Assembly: GCF_001677475.2 (NCBI RefSeq)
Contig: NZ_CP015229.1
Strand: one strand, 5' to 3'
Source of the DNA: Escherichia coli
Lineage (GTDB): Bacteria > Pseudomonadota > Gammaproteobacteria > Enterobacterales > Enterobacteriaceae
Length of the DNA stretch: 64,000 nt
The notes beneath the pieces are model-generated. The model searched no databases and was not told the origin of the DNA. It saw nothing but the letters and a program-made list of their open reading frames with translations. The position numbers were made by a program, and so were the translations under genes. Each line of letters starts with the position of its first letter. Positions within the stretch are counted from its first letter, which is position 1. Below, piece by piece: positions 53,231 through 64,000 of the stretch.

Positions 53231-55168
53231 GTGGAAAAAGCCAAACACGTTACCTGGCGGCTGTTGGCTGCCGGTGTCTGTCTGCTGACGGTCAGCAGCG
53301 TGGCGCGAGCCGACTCACTGGATGAGCAGCGTAGCCGCTACGCCCAAATCAAGCAGGCCTGGGATAATCGACAAATGGATGTGGTCGAACAAATGATGCC
53401 TGGACTGAAGGATTATCCGCTTTATCCCTACCTGGAATACCGTCAGATCACCGATGACCTGATGAATCAACCGGCGGTGACGGTCACTAACTTTGTTCGC
53501 GCTAACCCCACGCTTCCTCCCGCTCGCACGCTGCAATCTCGTTTCGTCAATGAACTGGCGCGGCGTGAAGACTGGCGTGGCTTGTTAGCCTTTAGCCCGG
53601 AAAAGCCCGGAACTACCGAAGCGCAATGTAATTACTACTATGCGAAATGGAACACCGGGCAGAGTGAAGAAGCCTGGCAAGGGGCGAAAGAGCTGTGGCT
53701 AACCGGCAAGAGCCAGCCTAACGCCTGTGACAAGTTATTTAGCGTCTGGCGTGCGTCAGGTAAACAAGATCCGCTGGCGTATTTAGAGCGTATCCGTCTG
53801 GCGATGAAAGCGGGTAACACTGGACTCGTAACAGTGCTGGCAGGGCAGATGCCTGCCGATTACCAGACTATCGCTTCGGCAATCATTTCACTGGCAAACA
53901 ATCCTAATACGGTACTGACCTTCGCGCGTACAACCGGCGCGACCGATTTTACCCGTCAAATGGCGGCGGTGGCGTTTGCCAGTGTGGCGCGGCAGGATGC
54001 TGAAAATGCACGGCTGATGATCCCATCGCTTGCCCAGGCGCAGCAGCTTAATGAAGATCAGATTCAGGAGCTGCGCGATATCGTCGCCTGGCGTTTGATG
54101 GGCAACGATGTCACCGACGAGCAGGCGAAATGGCGTGATGACGCCATTATGCGTTCGCAATCTACTTCGCTTATTGAACGCCGTGTGCGAATGGCGCTTG
54201 GCACCGGCGATCGTCGCGGCCTGAATACCTGGCTGGCGCGTTTGCCGATGGAGGCGAAAGAGAAAGATGAATGGCGTTACTGGCAGGCGGATTTACTGCT
54301 GGAACGCGGACGTGAAGCTGAAGCAAAAGAGATTTTGCATCAACTCATGCAACAGCGTGGTTTCTACCCGATGGTTGCAGCACAACGCATCGGCGAAGAG
54401 TATGAGCTGAAGATTGATAAAGCGCCGCAGAATGTTGACAGCGCCCTGACTCAGGGGCCGGAGATGGCGCGCGTGCGCGAGTTGATGTACTGGAATCTCG
54501 ATAACACCGCGCGTAGCGAGTGGGCCAATCTGGTGAAGAGCAAGTCTAAAACAGAGCAGGCTCAACTGGCGCGGTATGCTTTCAACAACCAATGGTGGGA
54601 TCTTAGCGTTCAGGCAACGATCGCCGGGAAGCTGTGGGATCATCTGGAAGAGCGATTCCCGCTGGCTTACAACGATCTTTTCAAACGTTACACCAGTGGG
54701 AAGGAGATCCCGCAAAGCTATGCGATGGCGATTGCCCGTCAGGAGAGCGCCTGGAATCCGAAAGTGAAATCGCCGGTAGGGGCCAGCGGCCTGATGCAGA
54801 TTATGCCGGGCACGGCGACCCATACGGTGAAGATGTTCTCTATTCCTGGTTATAGCAGCCCTGGGCAATTGCTGGATCCGGAAACGAATATCAACATTGG
54901 CACCAGTTACCTGCAATATGTTTATCAGCAATTTGGTAATAACCGTATTTTCTCCTCAGCAGCTTATAACGCCGGACCTGGACGGGTGCGAACCTGGCTT
55001 GGCAACAGCGCCGGGCGTATCGACGCTGTGGCATTTGTCGAGAGTATTCCGTTCTCCGAGACGCGCGGTTATGTGAAGAACGTGCTGGCTTATGACGCTT
55101 ACTACCGCTATTTCATGGGGGATAAACCGACGTTGATGAGCGCCACGGAATGGGGACGTCGTTACTGA
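53231..55168 (+). CDS. slt: Soluble lytic murein transglycosylase
   Basis: 645 aa from GTG at 53231 (start uncertain by a few codons; ORF opens at 53201); signal peptide; C-terminal lysozyme-like ES...GLMQIMP motif. Confidence 0.95.
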   Translation: MEKAKHVTWRLLAAGVCLLTVSSVARADSLDEQRSRYAQIKQAWDNRQMDVVEQMMPGLKDYPLYPYLEYRQITDDLMNQPAVTVTNFVRANPTLPPARTLQSRFVNELARREDWRGLLAFSPEKPGTTEAQCNYYYAKWNTGQSEEAWQGAKELWLTGKSQPNACDKLFSVWRASGKQDPLAYLERIRLAMKAGNTGLVTVLAGQMPADYQTIASAIISLANNPNTVLTFARTTGATDFTRQMAAVAFASVARQDAENARLMIPSLAQAQQLNEDQIQELRDIVAWRLMGNDVTDEQAKWRDDAIMRSQSTSLIERRVRMALGTGDRRGLNTWLARLPMEAKEKDEWRYWQADLLLERGREAEAKEILHQLMQQRGFYPMVAAQRIGEEYELKIDKAPQNVDSALTQGPEMARVRELMYWNLDNTARSEWANLVKSKSKTEQAQLARYAFNNQWWDLSVQATIAGKLWDHLEERFPLAYNDLFKRYTSGKEIPQSYAMAIARQESAWNPKVKSPVGASGLMQIMPGTATHTVKMFSIPGYSSPGQLLDPETNINIGTSYLQYVYQQFGNNRIFSSAAYNAGPGRVRTWLGNSAGRIDAVAFVESIPFSETRGYVKNVLAYDAYYRYFMGDKPTLMSATEWGRRY

Positions 55169-55192
55169 TCCGCACGTTTATGATATGCTATC

Positions 55193-55210
55193 GTACTCTT
55201 TAGCGAGTAC
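55193..55210 (+). promoter_or_regulatory. TrpR operator in the trpR promoter (autoregulation)
   Basis: GTACTCTTTAGCGAGTAC palindrome ~50 bp upstream of the trpR start; matches the trp operator GTACT...AGTAC pattern. Confidence 0.55.
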
Positions 55211-55242
55211 AACCGGGGGAGGCATTTTGCTTCCCCCGCTAA

Positions 55243-56105
<863 letters not shown>

Positions 56106-56144
56106 TCAGAAAATTAACGTTACAGCAGTATACGGAAAAAAAGC

Positions 56145-56792
56145 ATGTTACAGGTATACCTAGTCCGCCACGGTGAAACGCAGTGGAACGCCGAGCGACG
56201 TATTCAGGGCCAGTCTGACAGCCCGCTGACCGCCAAAGGTGAGCAACAGGCGATGCAGGTGGCAACCCGTGCCAAAGAGCTTGGCATTACGCATATCATC
56301 AGTAGCGATTTAGGACGCACCCGGCTTACGGCGGAAATCATCGCCCAGGCCTGCGGCTGTGACATCATCTTTGATTCTCGCCTGCGTGAATTAAACATGG
56401 GTGTGCTGGAAAAAAGACATATCGATTCTCTGACCGAAGAAGAAGAGAACTGGCGTCGGCAGCTGGTCAATGGCACCGTTGACGGGCGTATTCCTGAAGG
56501 CGAGTCAATGCAGGAGCTCAGCGATCGCGTCAATGCGGCACTGGAATCTTGCCGGGACTTACCGCAGGGAAGCCGACCGCTGCTGGTGAGCCACGGTATT
56601 GCACTGGGATGCCTGGTGAGTACGATTCTCGGATTACCAGCATGGGCAGAGCGTCGCTTACGTCTGCGTAACTGTTCTATTTCGCGCGTGGATTATCAGG
56701 AAAGCCTGTGGCTGGCGTCTGGCTGGGTCGTTGAAACCGCAGGGGACATCTCGCATCTGGACGCCCCTGCATTAGATGAGCTGCAGCGTTAA
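56145..56792 (+). CDS. gpmB: Probable phosphoglycerate mutase GpmB (YtjC), histidine phosphatase family
   Basis: 215 aa; RHGETQWN catalytic motif. Confidence 0.9.
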   Translation: MLQVYLVRHGETQWNAERRIQGQSDSPLTAKGEQQAMQVATRAKELGITHIISSDLGRTRLTAEIIAQACGCDIIFDSRLRELNMGVLEKRHIDSLTEEEENWRRQLVNGTVDGRIPEGESMQELSDRVNAALESCRDLPQGSRPLLVSHGIALGCLVSTILGLPAWAERRLRLRNCSISRVDYQESLWLASGWVVETAGDISHLDAPALDELQR

Positions 56793-57658
56793 CGACGGAT
56801 CGGAATCAGCAGTTCACAGCGCAGATTAATTGGGCGATCTCCTGCTTTGGCATCTTCTGCCGGGTAGTATCGCTCAATATCCTGACCTTTACGGCGCGTC
56901 AGATTGAGCATTGGCATGCACGTTCCGTATACCGTCAGGATAAACTCCTGCACGCCGGTTCCCAGACCTTCATAGGTAAACATCACATATTCGCCGCCCT
57001 GCAGCATCACCGGATGCCCCGTCAGTACATAGCCATCTGCCTGATCCTGGGCTAACGCGGTGGTATAGAATACCTCTTGTTCGTCGTCTTTATCCTGACT
57101 CGGACGCGTTTCATTCAGGCCGTAGAGCACCGGCGGAATGGTCGGAGCGTTGCCGAGAAAATCGTGCCAGAACTGATAACGCATTTCATGGCGGAAATCA
57201 GAGATTTGCTCCAGCGAACAGGAGTAGCTCTGGGTAACACCAATCAGCGGCGTATCTTCAAGGGTGACAAATTTGTGCTCTGGCATAGTGAATTCACCCA
57301 GACGCAGCGGCGGGCGAATACCAAAGGCGCTCCATTCAGGAGAACGGCGGTAAAGTGCAGGAGTCTGGGCAAACTGCTTCTTGAATGCGCGGGTAAATGT
57401 CTGTTGAGAGTCGAAGCGGTATTGCAGCGCGATGTCCAGAATCGGACGCGCAGTCAGGCGTAGTGCGACCGCCGATTTCGACAAACGACGAGCACGAATA
57501 TACGCGCCAATAGCATGGCCAGTGACATCTTTAAACATTCTCTGTAAGTGCCACTTGGAATAACCTGCTTTCGCCGCTACATTGTCGAGCGACAGGGGCT
57601 GATCCAGATGACCTTCCAGCCAGATTAAAAGGTCGCGAATAATGCCGGCCTGATCCAT
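56789..57658 (-). CDS. rob: Right origin-binding protein Rob (AraC/XylS family)
   Basis: 289 aa; N-terminal dual HTH AraC domain plus GyrI-like C-terminal domain. Confidence 0.95.
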   Translation of the reverse strand: MDQAGIIRDLLIWLEGHLDQPLSLDNVAAKAGYSKWHLQRMFKDVTGHAIGAYIRARRLSKSAVALRLTARPILDIALQYRFDSQQTFTRAFKKQFAQTPALYRRSPEWSAFGIRPPLRLGEFTMPEHKFVTLEDTPLIGVTQSYSCSLEQISDFRHEMRYQFWHDFLGNAPTIPPVLYGLNETRPSQDKDDEQEVFYTTALAQDQADGYVLTGHPVMLQGGEYVMFTYEGLGTGVQEFILTVYGTCMPMLNLTRRKGQDIERYYPAEDAKAGDRPINLRCELLIPIRR

Positions 57659-57868
57659 AAAATATCCTCATCCTTTCAACAACGAGCACCTGACATCAGG
57701 TAATTGGATAATAGCATTTTTTGCTGTTTTAGCATTCAGTGTTTTTTTCTTAGTAGAGTATGTTTTAGGGCTTGACGGAAATAAAAGTATTGAGATTTTG
57801 TTCTTAATCAATATGTTATTTACCGTGACGAACTAATTGCTCGTGTAATAGATAAAAATGGTAACAAT

Positions 57869-58342
57869 ATGAAATACAAGCATTTGATCCTATCTTTAAG
57901 CCTGATAATGCTAGGGCCATTGGCTCATGCAGAAGAAATTGGTTCGGTCGACACCGTATTTAAAATGATCGGCCCGGATCACAAAATTGTTGTGGAAGCC
58001 TTTGACGATCCCGATGTGAAAAATGTCACCTGTTATGTGAGCCGGGCGAAAACCGGTGGTATTAAAGGGGGATTGGGTCTGGCGGAAGATACCTCCGATG
58101 CGGCCATTTCTTGTCAGCAAGTCGGGCCGATTGAACTTTCGGATCGTATTAAAAACGGCAAAGCTCAGGGCGAGGTAGTATTCAAAAAACGCACGTCCCT
58201 GGTCTTTAAGTCGTTACAGGTCGTGCGCTTTTATGACGCCAAACGCAACGCGCTCGCTTATCTGGCTTACTCCGACAAAGTTGTAGAAGGTTCGCCGAAA
58301 AACGCGATTAGCGCGGTTCCTGTCATGCCGTGGCGGCAATAA
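57869..58342 (+). CDS. creA: CreA periplasmic protein
   Basis: 157 aa with signal peptide, immediately upstream of creBC. Confidence 0.9.
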
Positions 58343-58354
58343 CAGAGGCGATTT

Positions 58355-59044
58355 ATGCAACGGGAAACGGTCTGGTTAGTGGAAGATGAGCAAGGGATAG
58401 CCGACACGCTGGTCTACATGTTGCAGCAGGAAGGTTTTGCCGTCGAGGTCTTTGAGCGAGGCTTGCCGGTGCTGGATAAAGCTCGCCAGCAGGTTCCCGA
58501 TGTCATGATTCTCGACGTTGGTTTGCCTGATATCAGTGGCTTTGAATTGTGCCGCCAGTTACTGGCGCTCCATCCGGCGTTACCTGTACTGTTCCTGACG
58601 GCCCGAAGTGAAGAGGTCGATCGCCTGCTTGGGCTGGAAATTGGCGCTGACGACTATGTGGCTAAACCGTTTTCACCCCGCGAAGTGTGCGCCAGGGTGC
58701 GCACCTTACTGCGTCGGGTGAAGAAGTTCTCGACGCCGTCTCCCGTCATCCGTATTGGTCATTTTGAATTGAATGAACCCGCGGCGCAGATCAGCTGGTT
58801 TGACACGCCATTAACGCTGACGCGGTATGAGTTTTTATTGCTGAAGACGTTACTCAAGTCGCCAGGCCGCGTCTGGTCCCGCCAGCAACTGATGGATAGC
58901 GTGTGGGAAGATGCGCAGGACACCTACGATCGCACCGTCGATACCCACATTAAAACGCTGCGTGCCAAGCTGCGCGCCATCAACCCCGATCTTTCACCGA
59001 TTAATACTCATCGCGGCATGGGATATAGCCTGAGGGGCCTGTAA
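58355..59044 (+). CDS. creB: Two-component response regulator CreB
   Basis: 229 aa; receiver domain plus OmpR-type winged helix. Confidence 0.95.
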   Translation: MQRETVWLVEDEQGIADTLVYMLQQEGFAVEVFERGLPVLDKARQQVPDVMILDVGLPDISGFELCRQLLALHPALPVLFLTARSEEVDRLLGLEIGADDYVAKPFSPREVCARVRTLLRRVKKFSTPSPVIRIGHFELNEPAAQISWFDTPLTLTRYEFLLLKTLLKSPGRVWSRQQLMDSVWEDAQDTYDRTVDTHIKTLRAKLRAINPDLSPINTHRGMGYSLRGL

Positions 59045-60468
59045 TGCGTATCGGCATGCGGTTGTTGCTGGGCTATTTTTTACTGGTGGCGGTGGCGGCC
59101 TGGTTCGTACTGGCTATTTTTGTCAAAGAAGTTAAACCGGGCGTGCGAAGAGCAACGGAGGGGACGTTGATCGACACCGCAACGTTGCTGGCGGAGCTGG
59201 CGCGTCCCGATTTGCTCTCTGGGGACCCAACGCATGGGCAACTGGCGCAGGCGTTTAATCAGCTACAACATCGCCCGTTTCGCGCCAATATCGGTGGCAT
59301 TAACAAAGTGCGCAATGAATATCATGTCTATATGACCGATGCGCAGGGCAAGGTATTGTTCGATTCGGCAAATAAAGCCGTTGGACAGGATTATTCGCGC
59401 TGGAATGACGTCTGGCTAACGTTGCGTGGTCAGTATGGTGCGCGCAGCACGTTGCAAAATCCTGCCGATCCCGAAAGTTCGGTGATGTATGTTGCCGCGC
59501 CGATTATGGACGGCTCGCGGCTTATTGGCGTTTTGAGCGTAGGCAAACCGAACGCGGCGATGGCTCCGGTCATTAAACGCAGCGAGCGGCGAATTTTATG
59601 GGCCAGCGCCATTTTGTTGGGGATTGCACTGGTGATTGGCGCAGGCATGGTTTGGTGGATCAACCGCTCCATTGCCCGGCTCACTCGCTATGCTGATTCC
59701 GTCACTGACAATAAGCCCGTTCCTCTTCCCGATCTCGGTAGTAGCGAGCTGCGTAAACTCGCGCAGGCGCTGGAAAGTATGCGCATGAAGCTGGAAGGGA
59801 AAAACTATATTGAGCAGTATGTTTATGCGTTAACCCATGAGCTAAAAAGCCCACTGGCGGCGATTCGTGGCGCGGCGGAAATTTTACGCGAAGGTCCGCC
59901 GCCTGAAGTAGTGGCTCGTTTTACTGACAACATTCTGACGCAAAATGCGCGTATGCAGGCATTGGTAGAAACGTTACTACGCCAGGCAAGACTGGAGAAT
60001 CGTCAGGAAGTCGTTCTGACTGCTGTTGATGTGGCGGCATTATTTCGCCGCGTCAGCGAAGCGCGCACCGTGCAGTTGGCAGAAAAAAACATCACTTTGC
60101 ATGTTATGCCTACTGAGGTTAACGTTGCTGCTGAACCGGCGTTACTGGAGCAGGCGCTGGGGAATTTACTGGATAACGCCATCGATTTTACCCCCGAGAG
60201 CGGTCGCATAACGCTAAGCGCCGAAGTGGATCAGGAACACGTCACACTTAAGGTGCTGGATACCGGTAGTGGTATTCCTGACTACGCGCTGTCACGTATT
60301 TTTGAACGCTTTTACTCTTTGCCGCGTGCAAATGGGCAAAAAAGCAGCGGTCTGGGGTTGGCGTTCGTCAGTGAGGTCGCCCGTTTGTTTAACGGCGAAG
60401 TCACGCTGCGCAACGTGCAGGAAGGTGGCGTGCTGGCCTCGCTTCGACTTCACCGTCACTTCACATAG
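59044..60468 (+). CDS. creC: Sensor histidine kinase CreC
   Basis: 474 aa; transmembrane N-terminus, H-box HELKSPLAAIRG, ATPase G-boxes. Confidence 0.95.
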   Translation: MRIGMRLLLGYFLLVAVAAWFVLAIFVKEVKPGVRRATEGTLIDTATLLAELARPDLLSGDPTHGQLAQAFNQLQHRPFRANIGGINKVRNEYHVYMTDAQGKVLFDSANKAVGQDYSRWNDVWLTLRGQYGARSTLQNPADPESSVMYVAAPIMDGSRLIGVLSVGKPNAAMAPVIKRSERRILWASAILLGIALVIGAGMVWWINRSIARLTRYADSVTDNKPVPLPDLGSSELRKLAQALESMRMKLEGKNYIEQYVYALTHELKSPLAAIRGAAEILREGPPPEVVARFTDNILTQNARMQALVETLLRQARLENRQEVVLTAVDVAALFRRVSEARTVQLAEKNITLHVMPTEVNVAAEPALLEQALGNLLDNAIDFTPESGRITLSAEVDQEHVTLKVLDTGSGIPDYALSRIFERFYSLPRANGQKSSGLGLAFVSEVARLFNGEVTLRNVQEGGVLASLRLHRHFT

Positions 60469-60525
60469 CTTCAAATTCTTCCCACATAGCCTTCGTATCC
60501 TGCTGCCATTGCAAAGGAGAAGACT

Positions 60526-61878
60526 ATGTTGAAATCCCCCCTGTTCTGGAAAATGACCACCTTGTTTGGTGCAGTATTGCTGTTGTTGATTCCGATAATG
60601 CTGATTCGGCAGGTGATTGTCGAACGTGCCGATTACCGTAGCGATGTGGAAGATGCGATTCGCCAAAGTACCAGCGGGCCGCAAAAACTCGTTGGGCCGC
60701 TCATCGCTATTCCTGTGACCGAGCTTTATACGGTGCAGGAAGACGATAAAACCGTGGAGCGGAAACGAAGTTTTATCCATTTTTGGTTACCTGAGTCATT
60801 GATGGTTGATGGCAATCAGAACGTGGAAGAACGCAAGATAGGGATTTATACCGGTCAGGTCTGGCACAGTGATTTAACGCTAAAAGCCGATTTCGATGTT
60901 TCGCGTCTTAGCGAACTCGACGCGCCAAATATCACCTTAGGCAAGCCATTTATTGTGATTATCGTCGGGGATGCGCGTGGTATTGGTGTGGTGAAAGCGC
61001 CTGAAGTTAACGGAACAGCGCTGTCCATCGAACCCGGTACCGGGTTAGAGCAAGGCGGGCAGGGCGTGCATATCCCTTTACCTGAAGGGGACTGGCGGAA
61101 GCAGAACCTGAAGCTGAATATGGCCCTGAATTTAAGCGGTACCGGCGATCTTTCTGTGGTGCCTGCCGGGCGTAATAGCGAAATGACCTTAACCAGCAAC
61201 TGGCCGCATCCCAGTTTTTTAGGTGATTTTCTACCAGCCAAACGGGAAGTTAGCGAGTCAGGTTTTCAGGCGCAATGGCAAAGCAGCTGGTTTGCTAATA
61301 ATCTCGGTGAGCGTTTTGCTTCAGGCAATGATACCGGCTGGGAAAACTTCCCGGCGTTTAGCGTCGCAGTAACGACGCCAGCCGATCAATACCAATTAAC
61401 TGACCGGGCGACTAAGTACGCCATTCTGCTGATTGCGCTGACTTTTATGGCGTTCTTTGTTTTTGAAACGCTCACCGCGCAACGTTTACACCCAATGCAA
61501 TATTTACTGGTGGGGCTTTCATTAGTGATGTTTTATTTGCTCCTACTGGCGTTTTCTGAACATACCGGTTTTACCGTGGCATGGATAATCGCCAGTCTGA
61601 TTGGGGCGTTAATGAATGGTATTTATTTGCAGGCGGTATTGAAAGGCTGGCGCAACAGCATGTTGTTTACCCTCGCGCTGTTGCTGCTGGATGGTGTGAT
61701 GTGGGGACTGCTCAACTCTGCCGATAGCGCGCTGTTGTTGGGAACCAGTGTGCTGGTGGTGGCGCTGGCCGGCATGATGTTTGTGACTCGTAATATCGAC
61801 TGGTATGCGTTTTCACTGCCGAAAATGAAAGCCAGTAAAGAAGTTACAACGGACGATGAATTACGTATCTGGAAATAA
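60526..61878 (+). CDS. creD: Inner membrane protein CreD
   Basis: 450 aa; multiple C-terminal transmembrane helices; follows creC. Confidence 0.9.
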   Translation: MLKSPLFWKMTTLFGAVLLLLIPIMLIRQVIVERADYRSDVEDAIRQSTSGPQKLVGPLIAIPVTELYTVQEDDKTVERKRSFIHFWLPESLMVDGNQNVEERKIGIYTGQVWHSDLTLKADFDVSRLSELDAPNITLGKPFIVIIVGDARGIGVVKAPEVNGTALSIEPGTGLEQGGQGVHIPLPEGDWRKQNLKLNMALNLSGTGDLSVVPAGRNSEMTLTSNWPHPSFLGDFLPAKREVSESGFQAQWQSSWFANNLGERFASGNDTGWENFPAFSVAVTTPADQYQLTDRATKYAILLIALTFMAFFVFETLTAQRLHPMQYLLVGLSLVMFYLLLLAFSEHTGFTVAWIIASLIGALMNGIYLQAVLKGWRNSMLFTLALLLLDGVMWGLLNSADSALLLGTSVLVVALAGMMFVTRNIDWYAFSLPKMKASKEVTTDDELRIWK

Positions 61879-61890
61879 GGCTGAAAAATA

Positions 61891-61920
61891 AAAACGGCGC
61901 TAAAAAGCGCCGTTTTTTTT
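61891..61920. terminator. Bidirectional rho-independent terminator between creD and arcA
   Basis: aaaacggcgc-taaaaa-gcgccgtttttttt, with A-run and T-run on either side of the stem. Confidence 0.75.
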
Positions 61921-61937
61921 GACGGTGGTAAAGCCGA

Positions 61938-62654
61938 TTAATCTTCCAGATCACCGCAGAAGCGATAACCTTCACCGTGAATGGTGGCGATGATTTCCGG
62001 CGTATCCGGCGTAGATTCGAAATGTTTACGAATACGGCGGATCGTCACGTCTACAGTACGGTCGTGCGGTTTCAGCTCACGGCCGGTCATTTTCTTCAGC
62101 AGTTCAGCACGAGACTGAATTTTGCCTGGGTTTTCACAGAAGTGAAGCATGGCGCGGAACTCGCTGCGCGGCAGCTTGTACTGCTCGCCATCAGGGCCGA
62201 TCAACGAACGGCTGTTGATGTCCAGTTCCCAACCATTGAACTTGTAGCTTTCAACGCTACGACGTTCTTCGCTGACAGTACCCAGATTCATGGTACGGGA
62301 CAGCAGGTTGCGTGCACGAATAGTCAGTTCACGCGGGTTGAACGGTTTGGTGATGTAGTCATCTGCACCGATTTCGAGGCCGAGAATTTTATCGACTTCG
62401 TTGTCACGGCCAGTCAGGAACATCAACGCAACATTCGCCTGCTCGCGCAGTTCACGCGCTAACAGAAGACCGTTCTTACCCGGCAGATTGATATCCATGA
62501 TCACCAGGTTGATGTCATATTCAGAGAGGATCTGATGCATTTCCGCGCCATCTGTCGCTTCGAAAACATCATAGCCTTCCGCTTCGAAAATACTTTTCAA
62601 CGTGTTGCGTGTTACCAACTCGTCTTCAACGATAAGAATGTGCGGGGTCTGCAT
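61938..62654 (-). CDS. arcA: Aerobic respiration control response regulator ArcA
   Basis: 238 aa; receiver domain plus OmpR-type DNA-binding domain. Confidence 0.95.
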
Positions 62655-62749
62655 GTTTGCTACCTAAATTGCCAACTAAATCGAAACAGGAAGTACAAAA
62701 GTCCCTGACCTGCCTGATGCATGCTGCAAATTAACATGATCGGCGTAAC

Positions 62750-62890
62750 ATGACTAAAGTACGTAATTGCGTTCTTGATGCACTTTCCATCAACGTCAAC
62801 AACATCATTAGCTTGGTCGTGGGTACTTTCCCTCAGGACCCGACAGTGTCAAAAACGGCTGTCATCCTAACCATTTTAACAGCAACATAA
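62750..62890 (+). CDS. yjjY: Small protein YjjY
   Basis: 46-codon ORF MTKVRNCVLDALSINVNNIISLVVGTFPQDPTVSKTAVILTILTAT read directly from the sequence; matches my recollection of K-12 YjjY; below the ORF-track length cutoff. Confidence 0.55.
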   Translation: MTKVRNCVLDALSINVNNIISLVVGTFPQDPTVSKTAVILTILTAT

Positions 62891-63289
62891 CAGGCTAAGA
62901 GGGGCCGGACACCCAATAAAACTACGCTTCGTTGACATATATCAAGTTCAATTGTAGCACGTTAACAGTTTGATGAAATCATCGTATCTAAATGCTAGCT
63001 TTCGTCACATTATTTTAATAATCCAACTAGTTGCATCATACAACTAATAAACGTGGTGAATCCAATTGTCGAGATTTATTTTTTATAAAATTATCCTAAG
63101 TAAACAGAAGGATATGTAGCATTTTTTAACAATTAAACCGTTAGTACAGTCAGGAAATAGTTTAGCCTTTTTTAAGCTAAGTAAAGGGCTTTTTCTGCGA
63201 CTTACGTTAAGAATTTGTAAATTCGCACCGCGTAATAAGTTGACAGTGATCACCCTGTTCGCGGTTATTTGGTCAAGAAGAGTGGCAAT

Positions 63290-63976
63290 ATGCGTATAAC
63301 GATTATTCTGGTCGCGCCCGCCAGAGCAGAAAATATTGGGGCAGCGGCGCGGGCAATGAAAACGATGGGGTTTAGCGAACTGCGGATTGTCGATAGTCAG
63401 GCACATCTGGAGCCAGCCACCCGCTGGGTCGCACATGGATCTGGTGATATTATTGATAATATTAAATTTTTCCCGACACTGGCTGAATCATTACACGATG
63501 TCGATTTCACTGTCGCCACCACTGCGCGCAGTCGGGCGAAATATCATTACTACGCTACGCCAGTAGAACTGGTGCCGCTGTTAGAGGAAAAATCTTCATG
63601 GATGAGCCATGCCGCGCTGGTGTTTGGCCGCGAAGATTCCGGGCTGACTAACGAAGAGTTAGCGTTGGCTGACGTTCTTACTGGTGTGCCGATGGTGGCG
63701 GATTATCCTTCGCTCAATCTGGGGCAGGCGGTGATGGTCTATTGCTATCAATTAGCAACATTAATACAACAACCGGCGAAAAGTGACGCAACGGCAGACC
63801 AACATCAACTGCAAGCTTTACGCGAACGAGCCATGGCATTGCTGACAACTCTGGCAGTGGCAGATGACATAAAACTGGTCGACTGGTTACAACAACGCCT
63901 GGGGCTTTTAGAGCAACGAGACACGGCAATGTTGCACCGTTTGCTGCATGATATTGAAAAAAATATCACCAAATAA
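63290..63976 (+). CDS. yjtD: SpoU-type tRNA/rRNA methyltransferase YjtD (LasT)
   Basis: 228 aa from the internal ATG; SPOUT fold motifs. Confidence 0.9.
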   Translation: MRITIILVAPARAENIGAAARAMKTMGFSELRIVDSQAHLEPATRWVAHGSGDIIDNIKFFPTLAESLHDVDFTVATTARSRAKYHYYATPVELVPLLEEKSSWMSHAALVFGREDSGLTNEELALADVLTGVPMVADYPSLNLGQAVMVYCYQLATLIQQPAKSDATADQHQLQALRERAMALLTTLAVADDIKLVDWLQQRLGLLEQRDTAMLHRLLHDIEKNITK

Positions 63977-64000
63977 AAAACGCCTAAGTAAGTATTTTTC

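Noticed and set aside
62891-63289. 117-aa minus-strand ORF 63083..63436 in the yjjY-yjtD intergenic region
   Set aside because: It overlaps the yjtD start on the opposite strand and lies in AT-rich promoter DNA with no RBS; most likely a promoter-region artefact.

Overview
The window reads as an Escherichia coli-type chromosome segment in two parts. (1) Positions 1-27.7 kb are the late (head and tail) half of a lambda-like prophage. It is collinear with lambda gene by gene: terminase A (5' end outside the window), W, portal B, protease/scaffold C-Nu3, D, major capsid E, FI, FII, Z, U, V, G/G-T with the conserved -1 frameshift heptamer, tape measure H, M, L, K, I, J, lom, stf, tfa. J is split by an IS21-family element (istA/istB). 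An extra gene with a macrodomain-like N-terminus and a fibre-tip-like His-x-His C-terminus sits between stf and tfa. The prophage ends with a small serine recombinase, an AT-rich stretch with one orphan ORF, and a dinI-like gene behind two LexA boxes, abutting the 5' end of prfC. (2) Positions 27.8-64 kb are conserved backbone: prfC, osmY, ytjA, yjjU, yjjV, REP/BIME cluster, yjjW, yjjI, deoCABD with DeoR operators, lplA, ytjB, serB, radA, nadR, ettA, slt, trpR, yjjX, gpmB, rob, creABCD, arcA, yjjY, yjtD. Three strain-specific differences stand out against the K-12 order as I recall it: a small XRE-family regulator where yjjJ would be; a HigB-2/HigA-2-like toxin-antitoxin pair after nadR; and a ~4 kb islet (LysR regulator, aldo-keto reductase, SDR, SRPBCC, DUF1471, old-yellow-enzyme remnant) bracketed by ~855-bp direct repeats made from the 3' third of ettA. 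No rRNA, tRNA or CRISPR array was found. The best candidate for an undescribed function is the macrodomain-like gene in the tail-fibre locus. All calls rest on reading the ORF translations and remembered family signatures; no database search was run.
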